Source: a virus
Virus record (IMG/VR): IMGVR_UViG_3300020123_000589
Span: 87,360 to 151,359 of that record
Length of the DNA stretch: 64,000 nucleotides
Strand: one strand, 5' to 3'
A program made the position numbers and the translations under genes. Positions 19,523 through 28,701 of this stretch are shown here, in pieces. The notes beneath the pieces were generated by a model. That model did not search any database. It saw nothing but the letters and a program-made list of their open reading frames with translations, and was not told where the DNA came from. Position 1 is the stretch's first letter, and each line of letters starts with the position of its first letter.

Positions 19523-20839
19523 ATGGCCACCACGTTAATTCAACATGTAGGAGTTTTTAATTCTTCATCAATTGTTATCAATGGTGTTACCTCTGGTAAT
19601 GTTTTAATTGTAGCATTTGCTGATTTCGATGGCGTTGGTGCTGGTGTTAGTCACCCTGTTAATACTATAGTAGATAATATGAGCAATACTTATTTACAAG
19701 TTAGTGGGGCTCAAGCTACTGAAACTTCTACAGATAGAATTTTATCAGATTTATGGTATGCTACCAATGTAACAGGTGGAAATTTAACTCTTAATATTAC
19801 CTGGACTAATGGAAATCCTCAAACCCCCGTAATTTATGTGTTAGAGTTTTCAGGATTAAAGGTTGTTTCCCCCGTCTATGGAGGAAATGCTGCATCAGGC
19901 AGTGCTAGTGCCATTGTAGGTCCAAATTTGACTAATTCGATGTCTGCCGCTGATACGCTTTTAACTATTCTAACTCCCCGTACTTTTTCTGAAAATTTAA
20001 GTAATCCATGGATTACAGTTACTCCAGTTGTAGGTGGTAATCCAATAGGATACTATACTCCTGGAACAATAGGTACTTTTCATGCCGTAGGAGACGTAAA
20101 TTCTAATCAATCATGGTGTAGTTCAGGGCTTGTTTTATCTGCTGCTCCAGGCATACAAAATCCTGATTTTGAAAATTGGAATTTTGGAACTTCATTTGTA
20201 AATCCACCCAATGGAACACAAATTGCTGATAATTGGCATATACAGACTTTTTTTGAGGGAGATACAATCACTAGAGAATCCACAATTGTAGAACACGGTA
20301 CATATTCTTTAAAATGGCAAACGCCGAGTGATTCGGGAAGTATTTACCAACCTGACATAGATGTTGCAATATATGCAGGTCAAACTATTACAATAACAGG
20401 TTATGTTTATTCGCCGGATAGCACATCTTTCACAATATATGTTGATGATGGAACACTCCACCCTGGAACGTCTTTATCTGTTTTAAATGCTTGGGAACAA
20501 CTTGTGGTTTCTTATGCTGTTCCTGCTTCTCCCGTACCAATACAAGTGGAAATAGCTAAAGGGATAGGAGGTCCTACTCCTGTAGTATATTTAGATAATT
20601 TTGCCATTGTTTCCTCACTTCTAACTTTAAATTTATCAGATTCAGTTTCTTCTAGTGATTCAATGACAGATTCTTTTAGCATCCCATTATCAGATAGTAT
20701 TAATTCTTCAGATTCAGCCCCACAAGCATTTTCAGTAGAAAGTAGCTTTTTAGCTCCAGTAGTAACTCCAGCAGTAAAAACTCTAACGAATAAGCTTTTG
20801 CCAGCTAATGTTAAAGTTTATTATGAAATACAAGAATAA
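19523..20839 (+). CDS. Tail protein with a carbohydrate-binding-like jelly-roll domain
   Basis: 'IQNPDFE.W...W...HGTYSL....G.T.T.TGYV...WEQL...YLDNF' CBM4/9-like pattern. Confidence 0.55.
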   Translation: MATTLIQHVGVFNSSSIVINGVTSGNVLIVAFADFDGVGAGVSHPVNTIVDNMSNTYLQVSGAQATETSTDRILSDLWYATNVTGGNLTLNITWTNGNPQTPVIYVLEFSGLKVVSPVYGGNAASGSASAIVGPNLTNSMSAADTLLTILTPRTFSENLSNPWITVTPVVGGNPIGYYTPGTIGTFHAVGDVNSNQSWCSSGLVLSAAPGIQNPDFENWNFGTSFVNPPNGTQIADNWHIQTFFEGDTITRESTIVEHGTYSLKWQTPSDSGSIYQPDIDVAIYAGQTITITGYVYSPDSTSFTIYVDDGTLHPGTSLSVLNAWEQLVVSYAVPASPVPIQVEIAKGIGGPTPVVYLDNFAIVSSLLTLNLSDSVSSSDSMTDSFSIPLSDSINSSDSAPQAFSVESSFLAPVVTPAVKTLTNKLLPANVKVYYEIQE

Positions 20840-20861
20840 GGATAGATAAAAGGAGTAGGTT

Positions 20862-22772
20862 ATGTCATCAGTTTTCTTTGGTAATGCCGCAAGAATTATA
20901 AAGGCTGTATTTGATTGGGGACAGACAAGTTCTCAAGGTAAAACATCTAATCTTATTATCGACGCTTTTAAAAATGGCATCGATAATTCTACTTTAGCTG
21001 GAGAAGGCTTCACTCTTGTTCCAGGAACAAGTCCTCTTTCAGTAACTGTACAAGGCCAAGGAATTGCTTATGACAGCGTAGGAGCAAGAATTTTTCTTTC
21101 CTCTTCTGACACTACTTCATACAATCCAGCAAATGTTACACAGACAACTAACGATGGATTAGGCAATTTTATTTTAACCCCTCAATCTTCAGGTTGCGTT
21201 AATATACCTTTGACGGGTAGTAGCTTTAATTATTTATGGATTGATTATTTAGCCACAACGGATATTACTGCTTTTACTCTCAATGAAATTACAAACGCTA
21301 AAATATTTTATAAATTGACAGACGGATATAATATTACAGTTACAACGGTAAATACCCCTCCAGATAGTACCTCTATATTCTTAGGAACTATTGATCTTAC
21401 AAGTATTTCTAGTGGTATTATTCCCTCGTCTGTTATTTCCCAAATTGGAAGAACATATTTTAATATTCTTCCAAATATTGTTCCCATTACAACGGCCCAA
21501 GCTAATCGTTCAGATGCTACAACGATTTATAATCCCGCTAGTATGTACACGCTTGAAGCACATATTAAAGCAGTGGGTACAAGTCCTACAGGTGTAAGTC
21601 CTACAAATCCTCATGCAATGACATTAGCGGATTTGGGAATTAGTAGTTTAGATACGGTTGTTGGGCATAGACAATTGGAGCATGGAGTAGGCGGTGGACT
21701 TGCAGCAGCTAATGCTATTATTGCTGGAATTCCTGGTACTCCCTATCCCACTACATCTGCAATGGCAACGTCTATTAATATTGTAAATCCTGGAAGTGAC
21801 TACATTACGGTTCATCAACTTCTCTCGTCAGAATTTGCTCTCATTAATGGTACTGCTTTCAATGTCACAGATATCTTTGGTGCAATTCCAGTTAATGCCA
21901 ATGTTTTCTTTCCTAATACATCTGGTACATATAATGTATTTTATGATTCTATTGTAAAATCCTTTTCTTTATCGACATCGGATATCTCTTCAGATGCTAC
22001 TAAATTGTGGCTTTGTACTGTGACCTACACATTTGTAGGAACAGGTCCTTCAGATCATAACGCTCTTTCTGCTTTAATAGATCGAAGAAGGATTGGAAGT
22101 AGTACACATCTTCTTCAACGATGGTTTACAAATGCACGTCCTGGATCTGGAACCACTGCCGCAGTAGCAGGTGAATTTGGATTTAATCTTACTACAGGTT
22201 TAATGGAATTTTGGGATGGAAGTGCTTGGCAGTCTCCCATTACTGGAACTATAAATGGAGCAGTGCCTACAGGAACTATCCTTGAATTTGCTGGTAGTAG
22301 TGCGCCATTAGGATTTTTAATGGCTAGTGGTGGTGTTGTTAGTCAAACTACATATGCTAATTTGTTTTCGGTAATTGGTGTAACTTATAATACAGGTGGA
22401 GAAGGTGCTGGAAACTTCCGACTTCCAAATAAAATAGACAAAGTAGGTGTTGGAACTGGAGGTAGTATTGTTCCTACTTTGGGAAGTACTGCTGGGGCAA
22501 CAACTGAAACTCCTACAGAGGTTGCTCATGAACACGTTTCTCCCGTTAGTCATGCTCCAGGATCACTTACTACTGCAAATGGAGAAGCTGTTTCTGGTAC
22601 GTGGCCATATGGTTCAACGACTATTAATAGTGTTGATAGAATCTTTGTAGCAGCTGGCGATGGTGGTGTTGGTAACTATCCATTTTTAAATACTTCTCCT
22701 ACAGCGGCTACAATTAATCCTGTCAGTGTTGTTCAGCCCAGCATTGGATTAAATTATATTATTAAATACTAA
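20862..22772 (+). CDS. Tail fibre with phage tail collar domain
   Basis: 'VPTG.I..FAG..AP.G.L...G..VS.TTYANLF.VIG.TY...G...FRLP' and terminal 'QPS..LNYIIKY'. Confidence 0.8.
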   Translation: MSSVFFGNAARIIKAVFDWGQTSSQGKTSNLIIDAFKNGIDNSTLAGEGFTLVPGTSPLSVTVQGQGIAYDSVGARIFLSSSDTTSYNPANVTQTTNDGLGNFILTPQSSGCVNIPLTGSSFNYLWIDYLATTDITAFTLNEITNAKIFYKLTDGYNITVTTVNTPPDSTSIFLGTIDLTSISSGIIPSSVISQIGRTYFNILPNIVPITTAQANRSDATTIYNPASMYTLEAHIKAVGTSPTGVSPTNPHAMTLADLGISSLDTVVGHRQLEHGVGGGLAAANAIIAGIPGTPYPTTSAMATSINIVNPGSDYITVHQLLSSEFALINGTAFNVTDIFGAIPVNANVFFPNTSGTYNVFYDSIVKSFSLSTSDISSDATKLWLCTVTYTFVGTGPSDHNALSALIDRRRIGSSTHLLQRWFTNARPGSGTTAAVAGEFGFNLTTGLMEFWDGSAWQSPITGTINGAVPTGTILEFAGSSAPLGFLMASGGVVSQTTYANLFSVIGVTYNTGGEGAGNFRLPNKIDKVGVGTGGSIVPTLGSTAGATTETPTEVAHEHVSPVSHAPGSLTTANGEAVSGTWPYGSTTINSVDRIFVAAGDGGVGNYPFLNTSPTAATINPVSVVQPSIGLNYIIKY

Positions 22773-22777
22773 TAGGC

Positions 22778-22806
22778 TTGTAGTCAAGAGTAAAATCAGG
22801 TATAAT
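22778..22806 (+). promoter_or_regulatory. Sigma70-type promoter
   Basis: TTGTAG-17-TATAAT. Confidence 0.65.
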
Positions 22807-22817
22807 AAAGAAAAGAC

Positions 22818-23408
22818 ATGAATCTGTTCGAAGAGTTATTTTATAAGCCCTGGGTTTCTCCGGCATTTTATCCGATGCCTGTGGAACACTGGGCTTTTTT
22901 TAACGAATATTTAGCGACTTTTCCTACCATTGAACTCCTTCCAGGATATCCCTCTTCCTCTCGGCGTACCAAGAAAATACAACTTATCATTTTACACCAC
23001 ACTGGATCACTCGAATTTGCTAAAGCTCTCAAATGGTTCGGTAATCTGAATAATTATTCTTCTACCCATTATTTAATCGGTCTAGACGGGCAGATTCAAC
23101 AGCTTGTGTCCGAGGAGAATGCTGCCTTGCATGTTACCAATGGAATTTATAAATACAGTCGTTTAGTTAACGAAATGAGTGTTGGAATTTCTCTTATTGG
23201 CAATTCGTCAGATCGTTTTACTGAAGCACAATATGAAGCTGTTGCAATGCTTTGTATTTATTTGAAACGAAAGTATGGATTGACGAATGAGGATATTTTT
23301 AAACATTCTGAAATAGAAGTAACAAATTCAGCATCTCCTGCAACAGATCCAAATCCTTGGAACAAGGAAAAGTTTAACGAACTACTTGAAAAATTTGATA
23401 ATTTGTGA
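22818..23408 (+). CDS. N-acetylmuramoyl-L-alanine amidase (Amidase_2; endolysin candidate)
   Basis: IILHHT, S.HYLI..DG, A.H, SVGISL, FT.AQY, I..H, DP. Confidence 0.85.
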   Translation: MNLFEELFYKPWVSPAFYPMPVEHWAFFNEYLATFPTIELLPGYPSSSRRTKKIQLIILHHTGSLEFAKALKWFGNLNNYSSTHYLIGLDGQIQQLVSEENAALHVTNGIYKYSRLVNEMSVGISLIGNSSDRFTEAQYEAVAMLCIYLKRKYGLTNEDIFKHSEIEVTNSASPATDPNPWNKEKFNELLEKFDNL

Positions 23409-23414
23409 TAAAGT
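23386..23414 (+). promoter_or_regulatory. Sigma70-type promoter, leaderless to ATG 23421
   Basis: TTGAAA-17-(TGa)TAAAGT, ATG 6 nt downstream, no SD. Confidence 0.55.
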
Positions 23415-23420
23415 AGAAGT

Positions 23421-24215
23421 ATGACGATTTTTCTGAAATCGCAGGAACATATAGAAAATATACGAAGAGCTGGTAAGATCGCCTCCACGGTTTTATCAGC
23501 TCTTCCTTTTTATTTAAAGGCAGGAGTTACAACCAAATATATCGATGGTGTTATTGATCAAATGATTAAAGATTTGGGCGGGACCGCGCCCTGTAAAGGT
23601 TATGTGCATGGAAACTTGCCACCATTCCCTGCGGCCAGCTGTATAAGCATGAATAGTCAGGCAGTACATTGTTGTCCCTCAGATCTGATAATTAAAGATG
23701 GAGATGTTGTAAAGGTTGATTTAGTTGTTGGTTTTAATGGGTGGTGTGCTGATACAGCAAGAACTTATATAGTCGGAACATTAAAGCCAGAAGTTAAGAA
23801 ATTTGTCGAAACTTGTTATTTGAGTATGTGGGAAGGTATAAAGAAAGCTGTAGATGGAAATAAGGTAAATGATGTTGGATATGCAATTGAAAACTTTGTT
23901 AAGCCCTTTGGATATGGAATTTCCAGGTTATTTGTTGGGCACGGTATTGGCCGTGATATTCATGAAGACCCACGAGTGCCATCTTTTTATTTAAAAGAAG
24001 CTGACCAGTTGATTTGTTCTGGAATGGTGTTGGCAATTGAGCCTATTATTTTTACAACACAAGATTCTGAAGTGGTTTTTGATGGGTGGAATACAACGTC
24101 AAAAACAGGTGCAAACGTAGCCCACTTTGAACACACGATTTTAATTACTGCTGGAAAACCTGAAATCCTTACCCTCCGCGAAGAAGAGAAAATTCACCTA
24201 TCAAATCTTCTCTAG
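23421..24215 (+). CDS. map: Methionine aminopeptidase type I
   Basis: FP...C.S.N..VH, DGD.VKVD, D.ART, GHGIG..IHEDP, AIEP, AHFEHT. Confidence 0.95.
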   Translation: MTIFLKSQEHIENIRRAGKIASTVLSALPFYLKAGVTTKYIDGVIDQMIKDLGGTAPCKGYVHGNLPPFPAASCISMNSQAVHCCPSDLIIKDGDVVKVDLVVGFNGWCADTARTYIVGTLKPEVKKFVETCYLSMWEGIKKAVDGNKVNDVGYAIENFVKPFGYGISRLFVGHGIGRDIHEDPRVPSFYLKEADQLICSGMVLAIEPIIFTTQDSEVVFDGWNTTSKTGANVAHFEHTILITAGKPEILTLREEEKIHLSNLL

Positions 24216-24235
24216 AAATAGAGTAAAAATAGCCC

Positions 24236-24264
24236 TTGTAATTCATACTTTTTCCTGCTATACT
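24236..24264 (+). promoter_or_regulatory. Sigma70-type promoter
   Basis: TTGTAA-17-(TGc)TATACT, followed by GGGAGG SD. Confidence 0.7.
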
Positions 24265-24281
24265 TTATTAGGGAGGGAATA

Positions 24282-24773
24282 ATGAATCTAAATTTTGCTG
24301 AAGAAATGGCTGTTACTGAATTAAAATATCACGGTCTTTTTCAACAAGGTTGGAGTTTTCGATTTGATAGATCGGTTAGAAGGCTTGGTTTATGCAGCCA
24401 TCGTAAACGCAGAATTTCTTTAGGACAACATGCCACTTTGGTAAATGATGTCGCTGTTGTACGGAATACAATTTTACATGAAGTAGCCCACGCTTTGTGT
24501 GGACCAAATGAGGGCCATGGGCCAGTTTGGAAAGCAAAGGCACTTGAGATTGGTTGTGATGGAAATCGTTTAGGTAATATCGCAGTAAAAGCTCCACACA
24601 AGTATCAACTTTATTGTTTGGATTGTTCTTATACGTGGAAATATTATCGTAAACCTAAGTTGGGACCATGCTATATTCATAAGTGTGATAAACTTTTAGA
24701 ACGTATTGGATATGTACAAGGCCAGCCTTGGATTCCCGTTTCATCTAATTTGAAAGTAGAGGCATTAATGTGA
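24282..24773 (+). CDS. SprT-like zinc metalloprotease
   Basis: 'RLG.C', 'TILHEVAHA...HG..WK', C-terminal CxxC. Confidence 0.85.
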   Translation: MNLNFAEEMAVTELKYHGLFQQGWSFRFDRSVRRLGLCSHRKRRISLGQHATLVNDVAVVRNTILHEVAHALCGPNEGHGPVWKAKALEIGCDGNRLGNIAVKAPHKYQLYCLDCSYTWKYYRKPKLGPCYIHKCDKLLERIGYVQGQPWIPVSSNLKVEALM

Positions 24774-24949
24774 ATGATAATTTAAAAGATCCTTATGTCG
24801 CAGCCCCAACATTGACGGCAGATGGAAAGCCTTGGGTTCAGCGGTGCCTGATTTGTTTGAAACCAGTTGATTTTTTGAAAATGACTCCATGGATAGAATT
24901 CGTGCGAGTAGGCCAGTACGTGCGACACAAGAAATGTTATCCCAAATAA
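24770..24949 (+). CDS. Small zinc-finger protein (CxxC...HxxC, 59 aa)
   Basis: GTGA overlap with SprT; ...QRCLICLKPV...VRHKKCYPK; below the track cutoff. Confidence 0.55.
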   Translation: MNDNLKDPYVAAPTLTADGKPWVQRCLICLKPVDFLKMTPWIEFVRVGQYVRHKKCYPK

Positions 24950-24951
24950 AA

Positions 24952-25158
24952 ATGACTGAAATACCTTGTAAGTGTGGACATAGTAGAGAGTTACATCCAC
25001 AAAATGGAAAATTTCCGTTTATAGTTTGTGATGGGTGTTTTAAACGTAATCGTCCTAATGGTTTTCAACAAGTGAATTGTAAACAAGAATGTGTTAACTA
25101 TATTCCAGACAATCTTATGTTTATTGAACAACTTGCCAAGGTGCGAGGTTTAGTATGA
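24952..25158 (+). CDS. Zn-finger + DNL-tail family member 1
   Basis: CKCGHSRELH...CDGC...YIPDNLMFIEQLAKVRGLV; start moved to ATG 24952. Confidence 0.75.
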   Translation: MTEIPCKCGHSRELHPQNGKFPFIVCDGCFKRNRPNGFQQVNCKQECVNYIPDNLMFIEQLAKVRGLV

Positions 25159-25340
25159 TTTGTTGGAGATGTGGGCATTCAGCTAAGGAACATGCTGAAT
25201 TTTTACTACCAGGTAACAATGTTTATGGTTGCAAGGAATGCTGGCGTAGCCGTTCGAACAATAGTGAATTTTGTAAGCATGAATTTGAAGATAATTTAAC
25301 ATTTCTAGAACGCAAAGCGAAGGAACATAAACTGGCATGA
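25155..25340 (+). CDS. Zn-finger + DNL-tail family member 2
   Basis: CWRCGHSAKEH...CKEC...FEDNLTFLERKAKEHKLA. Confidence 0.75.
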   Translation: MICWRCGHSAKEHAEFLLPGNNVYGCKECWRSRSNNSEFCKHEFEDNLTFLERKAKEHKLA

Positions 25341-25522
25341 CATACCCTAAGTGCCTAACATGTGGGCATAAGAAAAGAAGTCATTTTAGTGGTACAACTA
25401 ATCTTAACGCAGACTGCGTTGAATGTATGCCAGGAGTAGTTGACGATTTTTGTATGTATAAGTATGTTCCAGATAACTTAGGACATATTGAGAAGTTGGC
25501 TAAAACTAAAGGATTAATATGA
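25337..25522 (+). CDS. Zn-finger + DNL-tail family member 3
   Basis: CLTCGHKKRSH...CVEC...YVPDNLGHIEKLAKTKGLI. Confidence 0.75.
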   Translation: MTYPKCLTCGHKKRSHFSGTTNLNADCVECMPGVVDDFCMYKYVPDNLGHIEKLAKTKGLI

Positions 25523-25531
25523 GCTTTTTAT

Positions 25532-25607
25532 GGAGGTATGGTGGAATGGCTAACACGCTTCCCTGTCACGGAAGAGATTACGGGTTCAATCCCCGTTACC
25601 TCCGCCA
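25532..25607 (+). tRNA. tRNA-Asp (GTC)
   Basis: Acceptor GGAGGTA/TACCTCC, anticodon arm CTTCC-ctGTCac-GGAAG, T-loop TTCAATC, G73, encoded CCA. Confidence 0.9.
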
Positions 25608-25626
25608 AAAGCTTGAAGTTTTTAAT

Positions 25627-25703
25627 CGGGCCTTCGTATAACGCTGTACACGGTGCGCTTAATCCAGATAACCGAAGTGTAGGTTCAATCCCTACAGGCC
25701 CGA
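25627..25703 (+). ncRNA. tRNA-like RNA with an aberrant 16-nt anticodon loop
   Basis: Acceptor CGGGCCT/AGGCCCG and T arm GTAGG-TTCAATC-CCTAC are perfect. The D loop lacks GG, the anticodon arm is CGGT-(16 nt)-ACCG, and there is no CCA. Confidence 0.6.
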
Positions 25704-25725
25704 TTAAAGATTTTGGAAGATGATA

Positions 25726-25798
25726 GCCCGAGTAGCTCAATTGGCAGAGCAATCCCTTTGTAAGGGAAAGGTTGTAGGTTCAACTCCTATCTTGGGCT
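25726..25798 (+). tRNA. tRNA-Thr (TGT)
   Basis: Acceptor GCCCGAG/CTTGGGC, D arm GCTC/GAGC, loop ttTGTaa, T arm GTAGG-TTCAACT-CCTAT; CCA not encoded. Confidence 0.85.
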
Positions 25799-25824
25799 GT
25801 GATCTTCTAAAGGAGATTATGTGA

Positions 25825-26088
25825 ATGTTTAAAAATTGTATAATGGTGGGATACCACCGTGTTAATAAACGCGGTGAGAGGATTTATGCAATTAAATTTC
25901 GATGGAGTAAATGGATCGAAACAAAGAACCCATTGAAAACCTTGAATCGGTGTGGGGACCTATTTTACTTTACCCCCGAGTATCTTGAGAAGAAAGGTTT
26001 GATTGATAATTTAGGTGTTATGGAGTTGCATTACTACAGACGAAAATATGGAAAGCTTAAGAAAGCTTGTATTTTGGAATTAAAATAA
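25825..26088 (+). CDS. Hypothetical basic protein
   Basis: AGGAG SD; ORF track. Confidence 0.5.
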   Translation: MFKNCIMVGYHRVNKRGERIYAIKFRWSKWIETKNPLKTLNRCGDLFYFTPEYLEKKGLIDNLGVMELHYYRRKYGKLKKACILELK

Positions 26089-26091
26089 TAG

Positions 26092-26262
26092 ATGAAAATT
26101 TGTAAACGATGTCAACACGATTTTGAAGAACACAATGATGATATGGCATGTAGTAATATAACATTTGGAAAGAAAAAAAGTAAACCTCACGATGGTTTAA
26201 TATTGGAAAGAAATTGCGGATATATTGATGTTGTCTGTCCATGCCCACATTTTTTGGCATAG
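26092..26262 (+). CDS. CxxCxH-x4-H zinc-finger protein without DNL tail (56 aa)
   Basis: MKICKRCQHDFEEH...C...CPCPHFLA; below the track cutoff. Confidence 0.6.
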   Translation: MKICKRCQHDFEEHNDDMACSNITFGKKKSKPHDGLILERNCGYIDVVCPCPHFLA

Positions 26263-26277
26263 ACATAGTGAATTAAA

Positions 26278-27735
26278 ATGATTTACCAAATTCTTATAAA
26301 TAATGTTTCTTCTCAAATAACTCCCGCCTTGGATCAGGCGGTCGTTAATGCTTTGCGTAATAAACTCTCATTTGAGATGCCAGGAATTTATTATATGAAG
26401 AAGATTAACCCTTATGCAGGTGTAAAATACTTTTTCACCCCAAAGACTCAAATTTTTCCTACTGGCTTAATCCATTACGTAAGGGATGTGTTGGATCTTT
26501 ACAAAGTCCCCTATGAACAGGTTGATATGCGTAAAGCTCCTGTTTTAGGCCCCGAAATCCCATTAAAAGGTGTCCAGCTTCGAGATTACCAAGAAGATGC
26601 CGTAAAACGAGCTGTAGAGCGTCAGCGGGGCATTATAAAGGCAGGTACGGGGGCTGGAAAGTCCATTACAGCAGCTAGTTTGATTGGAAAACTAAATGTC
26701 CCAACAATTTTATTCATCCACAAGACCGATGTTTTCTACCAGCTTATAAATACCCTTGAGGATACTCTTCAAGTCCCGATAGGTAAAATTGGTAATGGCC
26801 ATTGCGATATACAACGAATCAATGTTGGAATGATTCAGACAATCGCTCGTGCTTTTGATCCCACCCTTAAAGCGGAGGAGAAGGACAATGAGTTCTTGAA
26901 AGAGAAAGGCGATGTCATTAGAAAGGTTGTACAGGAAGCTGAATGTTTGGTGGCCGATGAGACACATCATTTAGCTTCGGATAGTTTTTGGACAGTTTAT
27001 AAAGCAGCAGAAAAAGCTTTTTATCGTTACGGATTTAGTGGTTCTCCTTGGCGGGATGACAATGCAACGATTATGATTGAGGGCGGAACGGCTAAACAAA
27101 TTATTGATATCCCAGCCAGTACTCTTATTGATCGAGGATATCTATCACCCGTAGATATTTACCTTTATGATTTTGAGCATGAGCGACAACCCAAGGGAAT
27201 TAAATATGCAACCCTCTATAATACTGAAATTATGCTTAAATTGGAGCGTAACAATTTTATAGTAAATTTAGCTTTAAAAGCTGCTAACTCAGGAAAGAGT
27301 GTTCTCATTGCGGTAACTAAAGTAGAACATGGAGAGTTGTTAGAAACCCTATTAAAAAAGCAAGATAAAAATGCTATATTTGTACATGGGGAATCTAATA
27401 ATGAATTACGCAGGAAAGTTTTAGATGGGTTAAGTAATCATACTCAAAAAATTGCGATTTGTACAACTATTTTCGGGGAAGGAGTTGATTCTCCTGGATT
27501 AGATGTTCTTATAAATGCTAAGGCAGGTGCATCTAGTGTTGATGCTTTTCAATTGGTAGGGCGTGTTCTTCGTAAAACGCAAGCTAAGAAAAAAGCTTAC
27601 GTTATTGATATAAGTGACTCTGGCTGTAGATTTTTTGGGCAACATTCATCTGAGAGATTAAAAATATATTCGACAGAGCCAAATTATAAACTTAAGTTTG
27701 TAAAAGACATTTCGCAAATTGTATTTGATGTGTAG
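26278..27735 (+). CDS. Superfamily 2 DNA helicase (UvsW/ResIII-like)
   Basis: LRDYQ, TGAGKS, DETH, SGSP.R.D, EGVD.P, Q..GR.LR. Confidence 0.9.
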   Translation: MIYQILINNVSSQITPALDQAVVNALRNKLSFEMPGIYYMKKINPYAGVKYFFTPKTQIFPTGLIHYVRDVLDLYKVPYEQVDMRKAPVLGPEIPLKGVQLRDYQEDAVKRAVERQRGIIKAGTGAGKSITAASLIGKLNVPTILFIHKTDVFYQLINTLEDTLQVPIGKIGNGHCDIQRINVGMIQTIARAFDPTLKAEEKDNEFLKEKGDVIRKVVQEAECLVADETHHLASDSFWTVYKAAEKAFYRYGFSGSPWRDDNATIMIEGGTAKQIIDIPASTLIDRGYLSPVDIYLYDFEHERQPKGIKYATLYNTEIMLKLERNNFIVNLALKAANSGKSVLIAVTKVEHGELLETLLKKQDKNAIFVHGESNNELRRKVLDGLSNHTQKIAICTTIFGEGVDSPGLDVLINAKAGASSVDAFQLVGRVLRKTQAKKKAYVIDISDSGCRFFGQHSSERLKIYSTEPNYKLKFVKDISQIVFDV

Positions 27736-27736
27736 T

Positions 27737-28375
27737 TTAAGATTTTAATCTAATCTCTTCAAGAATTTGTCCATACCATTCGGAAATTTTTAGTAAATCA
27801 CATTTTTTGTTCTTTTTAGCATTTTCAGAGATAGTTAAATACTGAAGATTCCAACTAACATGTAAACCAGATACTAGTTTGCCTTGAAGAGGAATTATGT
27901 GATCCATGGCCATTCCTTTCGGTCTTTTTCTTTCAAATTCTTTTATTTTATCCCAATCTGCCCATGGAGGAATTCGTAATTTTCTTTCAGCATGATTTTT
28001 TATATTATTTAATCTCCAAGTTTCAGGTTTTCTGTTCTTTTTTATTTGTTCTTTATTCTTTTCCCAATATTCATGAGCATATTGGTATATTTCATTCTTA
28101 TGTTCTTCTCTCCACTGCTTCATAACTTCTGGATGAGTATTCCTAAATTCTGTATTACGTTCTTTACTACAATCTCTACAAAGTTTTTGTTTGGTTCTTC
28201 CACAAATAAAAGTATCATGTCCTCGTGGACAAAATTGAACTTTTGGTTTTGGATGTGGAATACGCCGTGCCTTGGCTTTCTCATTTTTACACTGTCTGCA
28301 CCCCCCATTTTTTGTACATCCTAAAATATCTTTATCGTGCCCATTTTTACAAAAACGCTCTTTTGGCCTAGCCAT
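27737..28375 (-). CDS. HNH homing endonuclease with 2 N-terminal CxxGH...CxxC repeats
   Basis: 'DHIIPLQG..VSGLHV.WNLQ.L...EN..K' HNH domain; AGGAG SD on the minus strand; the only well-supported minus-strand gene. Confidence 0.85.
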   Translation of the reverse strand: MARPKERFCKNGHDKDILGCTKNGGCRQCKNEKAKARRIPHPKPKVQFCPRGHDTFICGRTKQKLCRDCSKERNTEFRNTHPEVMKQWREEHKNEIYQYAHEYWEKNKEQIKKNRKPETWRLNNIKNHAERKLRIPPWADWDKIKEFERKRPKGMAMDHIIPLQGKLVSGLHVSWNLQYLTISENAKKNKKCDLLKISEWYGQILEEIRLKS

Positions 28376-28412
28376 AATAAACTCCTAATTTTAGTTGTTT
28401 TATAGATATGAA

Positions 28413-28450
28413 TACTCTCTAATAACACCACATTTTATTACATTTTTAAA
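28413..28450 (-). promoter_or_regulatory. Conserved 38-bp element upstream of homing endonuclease (copy 2)
   Basis: Minus strand TTTAAAAATGTAATAAAATGTGGTGTTATTAGAGAGTA. Confidence 0.7.
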
Positions 28451-28459
28451 CATGATTTC

Positions 28460-28488
28460 TTGACAAGTTTATAAAAGTATGCTATACT
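28460..28488 (+). promoter_or_regulatory. Sigma70-type promoter
   Basis: TTGACA-17-(TGc)TATACT, GAGGTG SD follows. Confidence 0.8.
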
Positions 28489-28503
28489 ACGAAGAGGTGA
28501 ACT

Positions 28504-28701
28504 TTGAAGAGTAATAGAATTCCTTGCTTATGTGGACATATTGAATCAGTTCATATTAAACATGGAGGCATATTTAACGCACCAGATGTTATGTGTGCCG
28601 ATTGTTTTTATAAACCCGGACCTGGAGGACACTGGCATTATTTTAGTCCAGATAATTTATCTTATGTGGAAACTCTAGCAAAGGAGCGGAAATTGATATG
28701 A
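28504..28701 (+). CDS. Zn-finger + DNL-tail family member 4
   Basis: CLCGHIESVH...CADC...FSPDNLSYVETLAKERKLI. Confidence 0.75.
   Translation: MKSNRIPCLCGHIESVHIKHGGIFNAPDVMCADCFYKPGPGGHWHYFSPDNLSYVETLAKERKLI

Noticed and set aside
4085-22772. Extracellular contractile injection system or tailocin
   Set aside because: It is contiguous with phage replication genes, tRNAs and homing endonucleases, and includes neck-like genes, so it is best read as a phage tail module.
25627-25703. Ochre suppressor (UUA) or Leu (UAA) tRNA
   Set aside because: CTTAAT lies in a 16-nt loop with no canonical 7-nt geometry, so no anticodon can be assigned.
25528-25752. ORFs 25528..25752(-) and 25538..25723(+)
   Set aside because: They overlap the tRNA cluster and are shadow ORFs.
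25990-26060. Extra DNL-family member in 25825..26088 (LIDNLGVMELHYY)
   Set aside because: The match is internal, lacks LAK..L, has no Zn motif and no RTGA end. It is probably chance.
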